A stretch of 62,619 bases of DNA, counting the filler. It is 5 parts of 5 records of this genome, joined end to end, with 100 filler letters (N's around TTAATTAATTAA, not from the genome) between each part and the next. Parts side by side here need not be neighbours in the genome. Positions count along the whole stretch, not along the records: positions 12,199 to 40,211 come from DRR723986_4094; positions 40,312 to 49,475 come from DRR723986_4105; 3 more parts are not named here. One strand, 5' to 3'. The notes beneath the pieces were generated by a model that did not search any database, had not been told where the DNA came from, and saw only the letters and a list, made by a program, of their open reading frames with translations. Below, piece after piece: positions 39,028 through 48,679 of the stretch. Every line of letters starts with the position of its first letter. Within the stretch, counting starts at the first letter, position 1. Position numbers and translations under genes: made by a program.

Positions 39028-39908
39028 GTCAGTCCTTTGGCGCAATGGGTGGCGATTTCGGCATGGGTGGCGATCCAGACGTCGCCCGTGGCGCGGGCAT
39101 GGGCCAGCAGCCGGTCGACGATCCCGATGCGCGAGCGATAGCCCGAAACGAAGGGGTGCATGACCAGTTGACAGAGCCCGCCCTCGGCCCGGGCACCGTC
39201 GAGTTCGGCGATGAAGACCTCGGCCACCTGATCGGGCGTCAGGGTGGGGCGGGTCGCCGGGGTGCGGTTGTAGAGCAGGTAGACCGCGTCGTCGCGGTTC
39301 CAGTCGACGGGCAGTTCGATCAGCCCGGTGGGCCGGCCGCGGGACAGCAGTTCGTAGGGGTCGTCATCCGCCATCATGCTGGAATCGTAAAGGAACCCCG
39401 CTTCGGCCACCAGTCGGATGGTGTCGTCGGACAGGTCCCAATGCGCGGCGCGGTGGCCGACGGGGCGCTGGCCGGTGATCTCTTCCAGCGTGTCGCGGGC
39501 GCGGGTCAGGGACTCCGCCTCTTCCTCGGGCGTGAGGCTTCCGTTGACCTCGTGGATCCAGCCGTGGACGCCGATCTCGTGCCCCTCGGCCACGATGCGG
39601 CGCGGCTCTTCGGGGTCGATGAGGGCCGAGACGGCGGGGATGAAGAAGGTTGCCTTGGCGTCATGACGGGCCAAAGTGGCAAGGATGCGCGGCACGCCCC
39701 TGCGGCGACCGTATTCGCCCCAGGCAAGGCGACCCACGGCGCTGCGCCCGGTGCCCAGCTCGAAGGTCTCGTGGTCGCAGTCGAAGGACAGCGCCAGCGC
39801 GGCCTTGGCGCCCCCGGGCCATGGCGGGCACAGCCTGCGCCCGGCGCGGACGGTGTTCACGCGTTCGCGCCACTGCGCCTCGGGCCAGTGGTAGGGGTTG
39901 TCGGTCAT
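39024..39908 (-). CDS. Polysaccharide deacetylase family (PuuE/HP0310-like)
   Basis: SFDCD, ATFFIP, GHEIGVHGWIHE, YDSS.MADD.PY, MHPFVSGYRSR. Confidence 0.9.
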   Translation of the reverse strand: MTDNPYHWPEAQWRERVNTVRAGRRLCPPWPGGAKAALALSFDCDHETFELGTGRSAVGRLAWGEYGRRRGVPRILATLARHDAKATFFIPAVSALIDPEEPRRIVAEGHEIGVHGWIHEVNGSLTPEEEAESLTRARDTLEEITGQRPVGHRAAHWDLSDDTIRLVAEAGFLYDSSMMADDDPYELLSRGRPTGLIELPVDWNRDDAVYLLYNRTPATRPTLTPDQVAEVFIAELDGARAEGGLCQLVMHPFVSGYRSRIGIVDRLLAHARATGDVWIATHAEIATHCAKGLT

Positions 39909-40211
39909 CGCAGCACCTTGCCGAAGAAGTCGCGCGCCCGTTCGCTGCTGGGGTTGTCGAAGATCGTAGCGGGGTCGCCAGCCTCGACCACCTTGCCCGC
40001 GTCCATGAAGACCACCTTGGAGGAGACCTCGCGCACGAAGGCCATCTCGTGGCTGACCAGCAGCATGGTCATCCCCTCGGATGCAAGGCGGCGGATCGCG
40101 TCCAGCACCTCTGTCACCAGTTCGGGGTCGAGCGCCGATGTGACCTCGTCCAGCAACAGGATCTCGGGCTTCAGCGCAAGGGCGCGGGCGATGGCGACGC
40201 GCTGCTGCTGG
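39905..40211 (-). CDS. Polar amino-acid ABC ATP-binding protein, C-terminal part
   Basis: QQQRVAIARAL..LLDEVTSALDPELV..VSHEMAF; 5' end lost at contig end. Confidence 0.9.
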
Positions 40212-40311
40212 NNNNNNNNNNNNNNNNNNNNNNNNNNNNNNNNNNNNNNNNNNNNTTAATTAATTAANNNNNNNNNNNNNNNNNNNNNNNNNNNNNNNNN
40301 NNNNNNNNNNN
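40212..40311. other. Artificial contig spacer
   Basis: 44 N + TTAATTAATTAA + 44 N. Confidence 0.99.
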
Positions 40312-40431
40312 ATACCTCTCATTCTCTAAACGATCTAAAACCCCCTTCGATTACATTTATTCGTGTCGCGACGTCGCGCTTGAATGAATATGACGCCTTT
40401 GCAAATGTTTCCAAACTTGGAGGCGTAACGC

Positions 40432-41703
40432 ATGTGGCAAAACTGGGCTGGAAATCAGCAATCCCCTCAAACAGCACGTGTTCCTAGATCTACGGATGAA
40501 TTGCGTCGTGAGTTGCAGAGCGGCAAGGTGTTCCGGGCCGCTGGTTCGGGGCATTCCTTTACGCCGCTGATCACTGGAGCAGACGGCATTTTTGATATGA
40601 GTGGTCTGGGGGAGGGGGCAGTGTTGCAGCCGCTTGGATCCTCTGCCTGGGTCAATGTGAATGCCACGCTTCGCCAGTTGTCTCCAGCGTTAGCGGACCA
40701 TGGGTTGGCGTTTCGAAACTTGGGTGACATCAATAAGCAAACCTTCGCGGGTGCAGTGTCGACGGCTACACATGGGACTGGCGCGACATTGCCTTGTTTG
40801 TCTGCCGAGCTGCTTGCCGCCCGGTTCATGACGGTCGAGGGCGATATTGTGGAAACGCAATCACATGAAATGCCGGGCCTTCTGGAAGCTTTGCAAGTCT
40901 CACTTGGGTCGGTTGGTCTCTTGTTAGAGGCGCATGTTTCTCTGGTTCCAAAATACAACCTGCATAGACAAGTTAATCTCGCGTCGGTGACCGATACATT
41001 GGACGGTATGATGCAGCATTGGGCCGACAATCGAAATTTCGAATTCTTTTATATTCCGCATACGGGCAAAGCCATTGAAATTCGGCACAATGTGACAGAG
41101 CAAGCTGAAACCAAACCGCCATTGGACTTGGACAACTTAGCGGTCAAAGTGTTGCGTCTTTCGCGTTCACTGGGGCGATTGCATCCTTCGCTACGTTCCC
41201 TGCTGCTTAAGCTACTGACACTGGCGCAATCGGACGAAGACTATGTTGGTGAAAGTTGGAAGGTGTTGTGCAGCCAGCGTGATGTTCGTTTTATTGAGAT
41301 GGAATACCATCTTCCTGTCGGGGTCGCTAAAGACGCGCTGAAAGAAGTTATTTCGAGGACCGAGGCCAAGTATCCTGACATCTTTTTCCCAATTGAAATC
41401 CGTCGTTCTGCCGGTGACAGGGCATATCTGTCTCCGTTTCAGGGGGAGGGTCGCATCTCGATTGCTATTCACTCTGTCCCAGAGGAGCCGCAAGAGGCCT
41501 TTTTTGAGGACATTGAAACGATTTTTAAAGCCGCTGGGGGGCGTCCACACTGGGGGAAGCTGCATTCGTTGACACAGAATGATTTGGTGGATCTTTACCC
41601 AGACTTTGAGAAATTTACACACATTCGCCAGACGTTTGATCCAACTGGCAGGTTGTTATCCCCTGCGATGGCGCGGCTCTTGGACGGAACGGCGGGCGCA
41701 TGA
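40432..41703 (+). CDS. FAD-linked aldonolactone oxidase family (ALO/GULO-like)
   Basis: WQNWAG, GSGHSF, GAVSTATHG, EMEY, FPIEIR, GRPHWGK. Confidence 0.92.
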   Translation: MWQNWAGNQQSPQTARVPRSTDELRRELQSGKVFRAAGSGHSFTPLITGADGIFDMSGLGEGAVLQPLGSSAWVNVNATLRQLSPALADHGLAFRNLGDINKQTFAGAVSTATHGTGATLPCLSAELLAARFMTVEGDIVETQSHEMPGLLEALQVSLGSVGLLLEAHVSLVPKYNLHRQVNLASVTDTLDGMMQHWADNRNFEFFYIPHTGKAIEIRHNVTEQAETKPPLDLDNLAVKVLRLSRSLGRLHPSLRSLLLKLLTLAQSDEDYVGESWKVLCSQRDVRFIEMEYHLPVGVAKDALKEVISRTEAKYPDIFFPIEIRRSAGDRAYLSPFQGEGRISIAIHSVPEEPQEAFFEDIETIFKAAGGRPHWGKLHSLTQNDLVDLYPDFEKFTHIRQTFDPTGRLLSPAMARLLDGTAGA

Positions 41704-42821
41704 CGGACGATCCATTTCTAGGGCAACTTTCCGAGGGTCTTAAATCCCAAGGAGTCGATGCTGCGACAGTGGTTGTTGATCTGAATCGGCTTGATGCCAA
41801 TATCGAAGCCATAATACGACATGCCGACCCCGGACTAAACTGGCGTTTGGTGGCAAAATCGCTGCCGTGTTTTCCATTGCTCCAATATGTGCAGCGGGCT
41901 TTGGCCATCAACAGCTATATGACGTTTTCAGAACCGATGATGGCTGCGTTACTGTGCGCTGATGCAGAGGCGGACCATTTGGTGGGGCGACCGTTTTTGG
42001 TGTCTGCGGCGCGCCGGATCTTGACAGAGTTCGCGGGTGCAGAGCAACGCATTCAGTGGCTGGTAGACAGTGATCAGCGTGTAAAAGAATATTCAGACCT
42101 TGCGCAAGAACTCGGTGTGCGATTGCGGCTGTCATTCGAGGTGGATGTCGGTCTCCACCGGGGTGGTTTTGATCCTGTGTCTGTACGCGTTGCGATGGAC
42201 CATGCGCGAAAGCAACTGGGGTTAGAGGTGAGTGGCGTGATGTGTTATGAGGCACATCTTCCTAAAATGCCGTCCATGCTGAAAGCAAGCGCCTCTGCGG
42301 CGTGTGATGCGCGGATTCATCAGGCCGCGGCGTCTGTCACAGATGGGTGCATCAACGCTGGTGGCAGTTTAACTTTTGATCGCTACCGTGCCGGTGGCGA
42401 TGTCAACGATATCTCGTTTGGATCGATACTGATGCAACCGACTGACTTTGTATCAAAACACCTGAATGACTTTCAGCCCGCATTGTTCATTGCAACGCCG
42501 GTGCTGAAAGTTATGCACAAAAATCCGATTCCGGGTTTAGAGTTTTTACCGGACAGGTGGTCTAAGACTTTCGATCTTGCGATCCAGGGGGGATATTACA
42601 AAGGACTGCCGGTATTCCCGCCTCAGGCAACTTATTCCAAGATTTTTGGTCGCTCCTCGAACCAAGAGGTATGGTCCTGCCCCTCTGGATGGGAAGTGGC
42701 AGCGGGTGATATCGCCCTGTTACACCCCAGTCAAAGCGAAGCCGTCTTATCGCAATTCGGCACTGTCACCGCTGTTCGAGGGGGACAAATTGTGGATGTT
42801 TGGCCGTGTCTACCGGGCTAA
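41700..42821 (+). CDS. Fold-type III PLP enzyme (alanine-racemase N-terminal / DSD1-like)
   Basis: VDLNRLDANI, RLVAKSLPC (PLP Lys), EVDVGLHRGG, MCYEAH; 4-bp overlap with oxidase gene. Confidence 0.85.
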   Translation: MTDDPFLGQLSEGLKSQGVDAATVVVDLNRLDANIEAIIRHADPGLNWRLVAKSLPCFPLLQYVQRALAINSYMTFSEPMMAALLCADAEADHLVGRPFLVSAARRILTEFAGAEQRIQWLVDSDQRVKEYSDLAQELGVRLRLSFEVDVGLHRGGFDPVSVRVAMDHARKQLGLEVSGVMCYEAHLPKMPSMLKASASAACDARIHQAAASVTDGCINAGGSLTFDRYRAGGDVNDISFGSILMQPTDFVSKHLNDFQPALFIATPVLKVMHKNPIPGLEFLPDRWSKTFDLAIQGGYYKGLPVFPPQATYSKIFGRSSNQEVWSCPSGWEVAAGDIALLHPSQSEAVLSQFGTVTAVRGGQIVDVWPCLPG

Positions 42822-42829
42822 AGGGGCGA

Positions 42830-43570
42830 TCAAGGGTCAAGCAGATCAGACAGGGTTTCCAAGGCATAGTCCGCATTCATATGTGTGAAGTCAGATAGCT
42901 CAGGCTTTGTGGAAAGGTCAGTTGCCCTTGCGTATTGCGCCAGACTTAAAAATGGGGCCGCGATCACCCTAGATGGGGCCGGAGCATAGTTAAGATTTGA
43001 TTGCTCCATTTCGTCGGACACAATCCTGTTGAACAGCGTCATCAAGAGATCCGCATCAGGTTGGCCAGCCGTGCCTGCGATATCTGGTATTTTCTGGACC
43101 GCCAGCTGCGCGGGAAATGGCATTTGCATGATCACAAAACGGCTGTCGGGCTTGTAGAACCTTTGCAGTTTCTTGCGGTACGCAGTGGTGCGCAGTTGCA
43201 TTGCCTTGGTTAAACATCCCAGAGATATAGATTGTGAATGCCCTGCCGCCGACAAATCGAGCACATCATGTGTCGCCAAAATGGAATAATAGGACGGTAG
43301 GTAAAATCCGTGCGAAACCAAAAGGATACGATCAAACGCGCTTAGCTCTAGTTCCACCGGACCTTTGATGTCAATCATTCCACCGTTTTGCGCATCTTCT
43401 TGGGATCGCACTCGCAACGGGTTCGAATGATCAATGGATTTGGCGTGAAAATCTGCATTGTTCACGCCGAACAGGGTCACTTCTGTATCGGGAAACCTGT
43501 TGCTGATCAGCGGTAGTGCAGCTTTGTAGGCGGCAATGTGAGAGTTTCCCAAAATCGCGATGCGGGTCAT
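42830..43570 (-). CDS. Hypothetical SGNH-like hydrolase
   Basis: N-terminal ILGNSH and C-terminal DFTH motifs; ATGA overlap with GSCFA gene. Confidence 0.65.
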   Translation of the reverse strand: MTRIAILGNSHIAAYKAALPLISNRFPDTEVTLFGVNNADFHAKSIDHSNPLRVRSQEDAQNGGMIDIKGPVELELSAFDRILLVSHGFYLPSYYSILATHDVLDLSAAGHSQSISLGCLTKAMQLRTTAYRKKLQRFYKPDSRFVIMQMPFPAQLAVQKIPDIAGTAGQPDADLLMTLFNRIVSDEMEQSNLNYAPAPSRVIAAPFLSLAQYARATDLSTKPELSDFTHMNADYALETLSDLLDP

Positions 43571-44622
43571 TTTCGAAACGTCTCCAGCAGGATTTCTTCG
43601 CATTGAACGTCTTCGGAAGATGTTCGCTGTTCTGATGCAGTGCTTTGCTGAATCAAAGGTGGGTTTGTCCCTTCGTAAGCCAAAGAAAATACCCCGAAAA
43701 CAGTATCGACGCCCTCGGATGACGGGTCCCTTAGATTGCGCGCAAAGAACGGCCCACCTACGACCGGTGTTGTGATGATTTCGTACGAGGGGAAATAGTC
43801 AAAATCTGGGTTGGTGTCTTTCAAAGTGCCGCAAACCGCACGCAGCACAGATTTAGAGTACGTGGATGCCGGCCCCACATGATGCCCAGACGCCGTGGCC
43901 ACCAATGGTACCGGTGACACTGTGAGCAAGATTTGGATGTCCAACCCGTGATGTTTTAGAATGACTTGGATTTGGAGTAGATCCTCCAGAACCTCGGGGT
44001 AAGAGAAGTTGTGAAAGGTCGCAGGGTTAATTTCTAAGGTTCCAGCGATGGTTCCGGGCGCAGTTGGTAGGGCGCGGCCCGTGGCCTTGTCCAGCCATGC
44101 CTCGGTCAACCCAAGCGTAAACACGATGACTTCGGTTTGATTGAGTAAATCACGCACGGATTTCAGATGATCCTGACGGCTGCGTTTGACGTCGGCGGCG
44201 GATCTCAATCCATCTGGTTCGACCGAGGGCCGTAAAGCATCAAAATAGCGGCCGTCACGTTCCCAAATCAAAGGCTCAGGCGGGGTGTCCGTATGGGCAT
44301 CCGCGATTAACTCTCTGAGTTGTCGCGCGGTATAGATATTTCCGTATCGCGCGGAAAACTGATCATAGCCGTATTGCTGGCGCACTGACTTTGGGATTTG
44401 ATCTGGCAAGCGTTCAACTTGCAGTACATTCCAACCAGACTTGGTTAAGCGCCGATTGATATGTTGAGCAAAGCAACTGCCGGCTGTCATGATTGCCGTG
44501 TCTGGCGACAGGGCAAATTTAGGTGTGTGCAAGTGATCCAAAGTATCTGGTTGTTGTTCGACAACGGCGCTGCGCCAGAAACCGTGAGCGGGAATGTCTT
44601 GATATGGGGACAATCGAGCCAT
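43567..44622 (-). CDS. GSCFA-domain protein
   Basis: TAGSCFAQHI, FSARYGNIY, FTLGLTEAW, LTVSPVPL.AT, SKSVLRA, YFPSYEI. Confidence 0.93.
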   Translation of the reverse strand: MARLSPYQDIPAHGFWRSAVVEQQPDTLDHLHTPKFALSPDTAIMTAGSCFAQHINRRLTKSGWNVLQVERLPDQIPKSVRQQYGYDQFSARYGNIYTARQLRELIADAHTDTPPEPLIWERDGRYFDALRPSVEPDGLRSAADVKRSRQDHLKSVRDLLNQTEVIVFTLGLTEAWLDKATGRALPTAPGTIAGTLEINPATFHNFSYPEVLEDLLQIQVILKHHGLDIQILLTVSPVPLVATASGHHVGPASTYSKSVLRAVCGTLKDTNPDFDYFPSYEIITTPVVGGPFFARNLRDPSSEGVDTVFGVFSLAYEGTNPPLIQQSTASEQRTSSEDVQCEEILLETFRK

Positions 44623-44924
44623 GGATCTGAAATACCTCGTTGTTTGACTGCTGGAAACGGGCGTCTGGGGGAATTGAACCACAGCTGGGCACTTCGGTGC
44701 GAGGTAAATCTGTTCGAGGTTTGTATTGCGGGCAGGGCTTTGGCGCGAAAGTTACACTTTGCGCTGATTTCCCGATCAGTTGCTGCGCGAGATCTAAAAC
44801 ATGCCACAGACTTAGATGGCTGAGCCCAGAGGTCTAAAAATGTGGTCCTAAACCTTAAGGAACAAGATTGACTTTGAAGCGCTTGGATTGCCTGTTGCTT
44901 AGGCAGATAAAAAGGATCCGAACG

Positions 44925-45938
44925 ATGGCTGACATTTCAACAAAAACCCTCTCGCTGGATGAGATCCGGAATTTGGCCAAGACGGTTCTGGTTTCGGCTG
45001 GGATGGATGGCGCGGGCAGTGACATCTTGGCGGATCTTGTCATGCAATCTGAACGGGATGGGCCGCGTAGTCATGGGTTGGCTATGTTGCCGCGCTACGT
45101 GCAGAGCTTTCAGTCGGGATATGCCAATGGTGCCGCAAAGCCCAAAATCGAACGTCTGGCCGCTGGGGTGCTGCGCGGGGATGGGGATAATGGATTTTTT
45201 CAGATCGCATCAGAGCTGGCCCGTCCTCAACTGATTGAAATGGCCCGCGACGCGGGGATTGCGGGGTTCACCTGCGCCAATACGCATCATCTCGCAGCCT
45301 TGCGGTTTGAAACCGAAGCCTTGGCGCGCGAAGGGCTGATTGCGATTTGCGTGGTAAATTCATTGGCCTTGATTGTCCCGCATGGCGGGAAGACACCTGT
45401 TTTTGGTACAAATCCAATGTCCTTTGCGTGTCCACGTGACGGGGCTGATCCGATTGTCTGGGATCAGGCGTCATCCGTTGTTGCGTTAATGGACATTAAA
45501 TTGGCCGCCGCTGAAGGGCATGATTTACCTTATCCGGGGGGCTTGGATCGGGCAGGAAACGTGACAACGGATGCCTCAGAAATCAATGAAACGCTGAGTT
45601 TGTTGCCCTTTGCCGAACATAAAGGCACCGGAATCGCATTGATGGTCGAGATTCTGGCAGCCGCTCTGGCGGGGGGATGTCTGTCCGTTGAAACCGAGGA
45701 AAAACAATCGTTTGGGGCGCTCAATATCAAGCCAGGTGTCACACTCATTGCGATCGACCCCGCCAAATGGGGCAACCCCGGTTTTCTGGGGCAGGTATCC
45801 CAAATCGTTGGACAGATTGATGCGGAACCGGGCGCACGCGTGCCAGGTGATGGGCGTCTGAAGATGCGAGCCAAGGCCCAATCCGAAGGGGTGGTCGTTA
45901 ACCTCGCGCTTCTGGAAGAACTCGAGCGCAGCGACTAA
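44925..45938 (+). CDS. Ldh_2-family NAD(P)H oxidoreductase (DpkA/ComC/AllD family)
   Basis: SHGL, HHLAAL, FGTNP.SFACP, HKGTGIALMVEILA, RVPGD. Confidence 0.9.
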   Translation: MADISTKTLSLDEIRNLAKTVLVSAGMDGAGSDILADLVMQSERDGPRSHGLAMLPRYVQSFQSGYANGAAKPKIERLAAGVLRGDGDNGFFQIASELARPQLIEMARDAGIAGFTCANTHHLAALRFETEALAREGLIAICVVNSLALIVPHGGKTPVFGTNPMSFACPRDGADPIVWDQASSVVALMDIKLAAAEGHDLPYPGGLDRAGNVTTDASEINETLSLLPFAEHKGTGIALMVEILAAALAGGCLSVETEEKQSFGALNIKPGVTLIAIDPAKWGNPGFLGQVSQIVGQIDAEPGARVPGDGRLKMRAKAQSEGVVVNLALLEELERSD

Positions 45939-46083
45939 GACCGACAATCAAGAATGCGGCGGAACGCACTCCTTTCAAACTGAACAGAACCGAGAGCTCG
46001 GAACGAGGATTTGCAATCTGTGCCTCGGCTGCTTTGGGGCGGAACCCCCTTGTTTTAAGCGTTTACGTGAATTATAGCGGCAG

Positions 46084-46166
46084 AACCTCGGGGTGCCTGC
46101 TAGGCTGAGATGCGTCTTGTGAACCCGTTGAACCTGAACCGGCTAGAACCGGCGGAGGGAAGGTTT
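46084..46166 (+). ncRNA. TPP riboswitch
   Basis: AACCTCGGGGTGCC..GGCTGAGA..ACCCGTTGAACCTGAACCGG..ACCGGCGGAGGGAAGGTT upstream of thiB. Confidence 0.95.
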
Positions 46167-46214
46167 GCATCGCGTTCGGTGCGCCAACTCCGCCCACAAC
46201 CTATGGAGATCGCC

Positions 46215-47195
46215 ATGAAGGCCCTTCCTTTTGTTGCGGGTCTGATGCTTGCCAGCGCGGCAGCGGCAGAGACACCCGTCCTGACAGTTTATGCACCTGA
46301 CTATTTTGCCTCTGAGTGGGGCCCTGGTCCCGGCATCGAGGCTGCGTTTGAAGAACGCTGTGGCTGCGATCTGGAATACAAAACCGGCGAGTTGTTGCCA
46401 CGTTTGTTGTTAGAGGGCGCCAATACCGAAGCGGACGTCGCCATTGGTTTTAACTCGGACATCACCAAAAAGGCCCGTGAGAGCGGACTCTTCGCCCCGC
46501 ACGGCTTGGACACTTCGGCTTTGACTTTGCCGATTGAGTGGAACGATGACACCTTTGTGCCGTTCAACTACAGCCACACCGCATTCATCTATGACAACAC
46601 CAAGATCACAGATGCTCCGACCAGTTTTGAAGCTCTGCTGAATGCACCCGACGATTTGCGCTTGGTGCTTCAGGATCCACGCAGCTCGATCTCGGGCTTG
46701 GCGTTGGTTCTGTGGGTCCAGCAAGTATATGGCGAGAAATCGGAAGAGGCATGGGCCAAATTAGCACCCAAGATCGTCACCGTGACCAAAGGCTGGTCGG
46801 AAAGCTATGGCATGTTCACCGATGGTGAGGCGGACATGGTGCTTAGCTATACGACTTCTCCAGCGTACCACATCATCGCAGAAGAGGACCTGACCAAATC
46901 GGCAGCGATCTTTGATGAAGGTCACTATTTCATGGTGGAATCTGCGGCAAAATTGAAAAATTCGGATCAATCCGATCTGGCGGACCAGTTCATGGCGTTC
47001 ATTCTGAGCGAAGAGTTCCAGACTATGATCCCTACGTCAAACTGGTCTTTCCCAGCGGCTTTGGCCGACGACAAATGGCCCGAAGGGTTCAAAGCGCTGC
47101 CAGTGCCAAAAAAGGTTCTGTTTTACAGCGAAGACGAAGCCGCAGCAGTTCGCAATGAGGCGATCGAGGCATGGCGTCGCGCGCTGTCTCAGTAA
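46215..47195 (+). CDS. thiB: Thiamine ABC transporter substrate-binding protein
   Basis: SEWGPGP..FE..CGC, QDPRSS, GWSESYGMF, SYTTSPAYH. Confidence 0.95.
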   Translation: MKALPFVAGLMLASAAAAETPVLTVYAPDYFASEWGPGPGIEAAFEERCGCDLEYKTGELLPRLLLEGANTEADVAIGFNSDITKKARESGLFAPHGLDTSALTLPIEWNDDTFVPFNYSHTAFIYDNTKITDAPTSFEALLNAPDDLRLVLQDPRSSISGLALVLWVQQVYGEKSEEAWAKLAPKIVTVTKGWSESYGMFTDGEADMVLSYTTSPAYHIIAEEDLTKSAAIFDEGHYFMVESAAKLKNSDQSDLADQFMAFILSEEFQTMIPTSNWSFPAALADDKWPEGFKALPVPKKVLFYSEDEAAAVRNEAIEAWRRALSQ

Positions 47196-48679
47196 GCGCG
47201 GCACTGGTCGTTGGGGGGATGGTTCTGATCCCCGTCACGGCTGTGCTCTGGCGTGGGGGCGGTTTCGGGGGGCTTGGTCCCGCTGATTGGGCCGCCCTGC
47301 GCTTTACACTCTGGCAAGCGGCCTTGTCTGCCTTGCTGAGTGTGGGTCTTGCGATCCCGGTCGCACGTGCGTTGGCGCGCCGTGCCTTTCCCGGACGCAG
47401 TGCTCTGATTGCCCTGATGGGCGCCCCCTTTATTTTGCCGGTAATCGTTGCCATCCTTGGCTTGTTATCGGTGTTTGGGGGCAAAGGGCTGGTCAACCAG
47501 TTGATCACGCCATTGGGCCTGCCCCGGCTGGATATCTACGGATATCATGGGGTGATCTTGGCCCACGTCTTTTTCAACCTTCCTCTTGCTGTGCGGTTGT
47601 TGCTGCAAGGGTGGTTGTCGATACCCGCAGAACGGTTTCGCCTGGCCGCGACCCTGAACGCCCCTGTTTGGAAGGTGCTGGAATGGCCCATGCTGCGCAG
47701 GCTGTGCCCTGGTGCGTTTGTGGTGATTTTTGTGATTTGCCTTGGGTCGTTTGCGGTGGCTTTGACCCTAGGGGGCGGGCCACGTGCCACCACTGTCGAA
47801 CTGGCGATCTATCAGGCGTTCCGATTTGATTTTGACCTAGGCAAGGCGGCGACGCTTGCCATGTTGCAGCTGTTCCTTGGGTTGGCCGCGGGGCTGGTTG
47901 CCTTGCGGATTGCCCCACGTGACGGGTTCGGCGCGGGGTTGGATCGGCAGGTGGCCCGTTGGGATGGCATATCCCGCTCGGCAAAGGCTGCAGACACGGT
48001 TTGGATTACTCTGGCTGCTGGCTTTTTGTTGCTGCCGTTGGCCTCCGTCGCTTGGGCAGGGGGGCCTGGGTTATTCACATTGCCGTCCGAGGTTTGGCTG
48101 GCTGCTGGTCGGTCGGTTCTGTTGGCGCTTGGCGCGACGGCATTGACGTTGACCTTGGCGCTACCGTTGCTGTCCCGAGCAGGAGAGGCAGCCGCATTGT
48201 TGGGCGTCTCTGTGTCGGGGCTGGTATTGGGCACAGGCTTCTTTTTGTTGCTGCAACCGTTTGTGCGCCCGGCGAGTGTAGCCTTGGTCGTGACGATGTT
48301 GGTCAATGCGCTGATGGCGTTGCCGTTTGTTCTGCGCATCCTCAGACCGGGGTTGGATGGGGCTAAAGCTGATTTCGCGCGCCTCAGCGCCTCTCTGGGC
48401 CTGTCAGGCTGGGCGCTGTGGCGTATCGTGTATCTACCGCGTCTCAGACGGCCCTTGGGGTTTGCTGCTGGCTTGACAGCGGCGCTTTCCATGGGGGATC
48501 TGGGCGTTATTACGCTGTTTGCGGATGGCGACACCGCCACGCTGCCTTTGCAGATCTATAGATTGATGGGAAGCTACCAAATGGAGTCGGCAAGAGCGGC
48601 TGCTTTGCTGCTGTTGGCCCTGAGCCTGGGGGCATTTTGGCTGTTTGATAAAGGAGGGCGGGTGAATGCTGACACTTGA
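47171..48679 (+). CDS. thiP: Thiamine ABC transporter permease
   Basis: FTLWQA.LS, LAHVFFNLP, LGGGPRATTVELAIYQA, LSMGDLG. Confidence 0.93.
   Translation: MASRAVSVSAALVVGGMVLIPVTAVLWRGGGFGGLGPADWAALRFTLWQAALSALLSVGLAIPVARALARRAFPGRSALIALMGAPFILPVIVAILGLLSVFGGKGLVNQLITPLGLPRLDIYGYHGVILAHVFFNLPLAVRLLLQGWLSIPAERFRLAATLNAPVWKVLEWPMLRRLCPGAFVVIFVICLGSFAVALTLGGGPRATTVELAIYQAFRFDFDLGKAATLAMLQLFLGLAAGLVALRIAPRDGFGAGLDRQVARWDGISRSAKAADTVWITLAAGFLLLPLASVAWAGGPGLFTLPSEVWLAAGRSVLLALGATALTLTLALPLLSRAGEAAALLGVSVSGLVLGTGFFLLLQPFVRPASVALVVTMLVNALMALPFVLRILRPGLDGAKADFARLSASLGLSGWALWRIVYLPRLRRPLGFAAGLTAALSMGDLGVITLFADGDTATLPLQIYRLMGSYQMESARAAALLLLALSLGAFWLFDKGGRVNADT

Noticed and set aside
40367-40378. Palindrome CGCGACGTCGCG upstream of the lactone oxidase
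   Set aside because: Single GC-rich copy with no regulator in view; may be chance
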